From Mobula hypostoma (taxonomy: Eukaryota): a stretch of 64,000 nucleotides of DNA. Within the stretch, counting starts at the first letter, position 1; the number at the start of each line of letters is the position of its first letter. The notes below the pieces were generated by a model. That model was not told where the DNA came from. It ran no database searches and worked only from the letters and a program-made list of their open reading frames with translations. The DNA lies in assembly GCF_963921235.1 (NCBI RefSeq), contig NC_086097.1:164922001-164986000 (forward strand), written 5' to 3'. The position numbers and the translations under genes are program-made. Shown piece by piece: positions 63,296 to 64,000 of this stretch.

Positions 63296-64000
63296 CGCAT
63301 TATGCTTTGTTGAAACATAGAACAGTGATATAGGTGAAAGGAGAATGTTGTATTTACCAACCTCCATTAGTAATGGAATCTTGTACTCAAAAGCTGGAGA
63401 TGGAATCTTGTGTTACATAGACTGAAAACACAAATCCTAATTGTTACTATTAGGAAGCTAAGGGCCTTTATAAAAGCTAATGACACTTAACTTCATTTCT
63501 GTTTTGATTGTGCTGATAATAAATTTAATAATAATTTTCAAGTATAAGGGTTTGAAATATATTAATACAGTTGTTGCTGATGCTGAAATATTGAGACGAC
63601 TGTAACAGAATGTGATACCCTTAATGCAGGTTAATACTTTAGAGTGGTAGAGAATTTAAAATATGGGCAAGAATACCTCCAGGCATTGGAATTTCATGTG
63701 TCCAAAAGTGACATTATTCTGAATAACTGGCTTGGGGTTATATCCTCTTTAAGTACTGATATCTTAGTAATGCAATATTGTTACAAATGTTTAGCGAATT
63801 AAGTATAGTCACAGCCTGAATAATATAGCCCAGTATAGCCTGAATAATCCATGCAAAAGCTATAGACCAGCTGAGGAGAATTTAAGCCTCATTTTGAGGA
63901 TATGCTTAGTTGTCAAGAACTCTAGGATGAATAAATATAATAAAGTAATGGAAATATTGTGCAAAATTATCATAGATAATGTTCACGGAAACTAGGTTTT

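Overview
Repeat-dense eukaryotic (vertebrate) non-coding DNA. The repeat families (CR1 LINEs, V-SINE-like tRNA SINEs, abundant Penelope-like pLTRs) suggest a cartilaginous fish, which is an inference. I found no intact host protein-coding gene. Most ORFs in the track are decayed retroelement fragments: CR1, Rex1/Babar, RTE, HERO, R4/Dong, Penelope-like elements (PLEs) carrying minimal hammerhead ribozyme motifs, two Ty3/Gypsy elements, solo LTRs and MITEs. The dominant structure is a nested complex at 39.6-56.1 kb. A CR1 LINE is split by a short-LTR Gypsy element (42081-53333, TSD CAAC, tRNA-Leu PBS). That element has a PLE fragment where gag should be, and its integrase C-terminal tail contains exactly 110 indel-free copies of a 63-bp unit (45838-52767) in frame with integrase. 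This array produces the 2349-aa ORF. A second recurrent signal is a set of head-to-head PLE hairpins whose centre of symmetry lies in the hammerhead motif.
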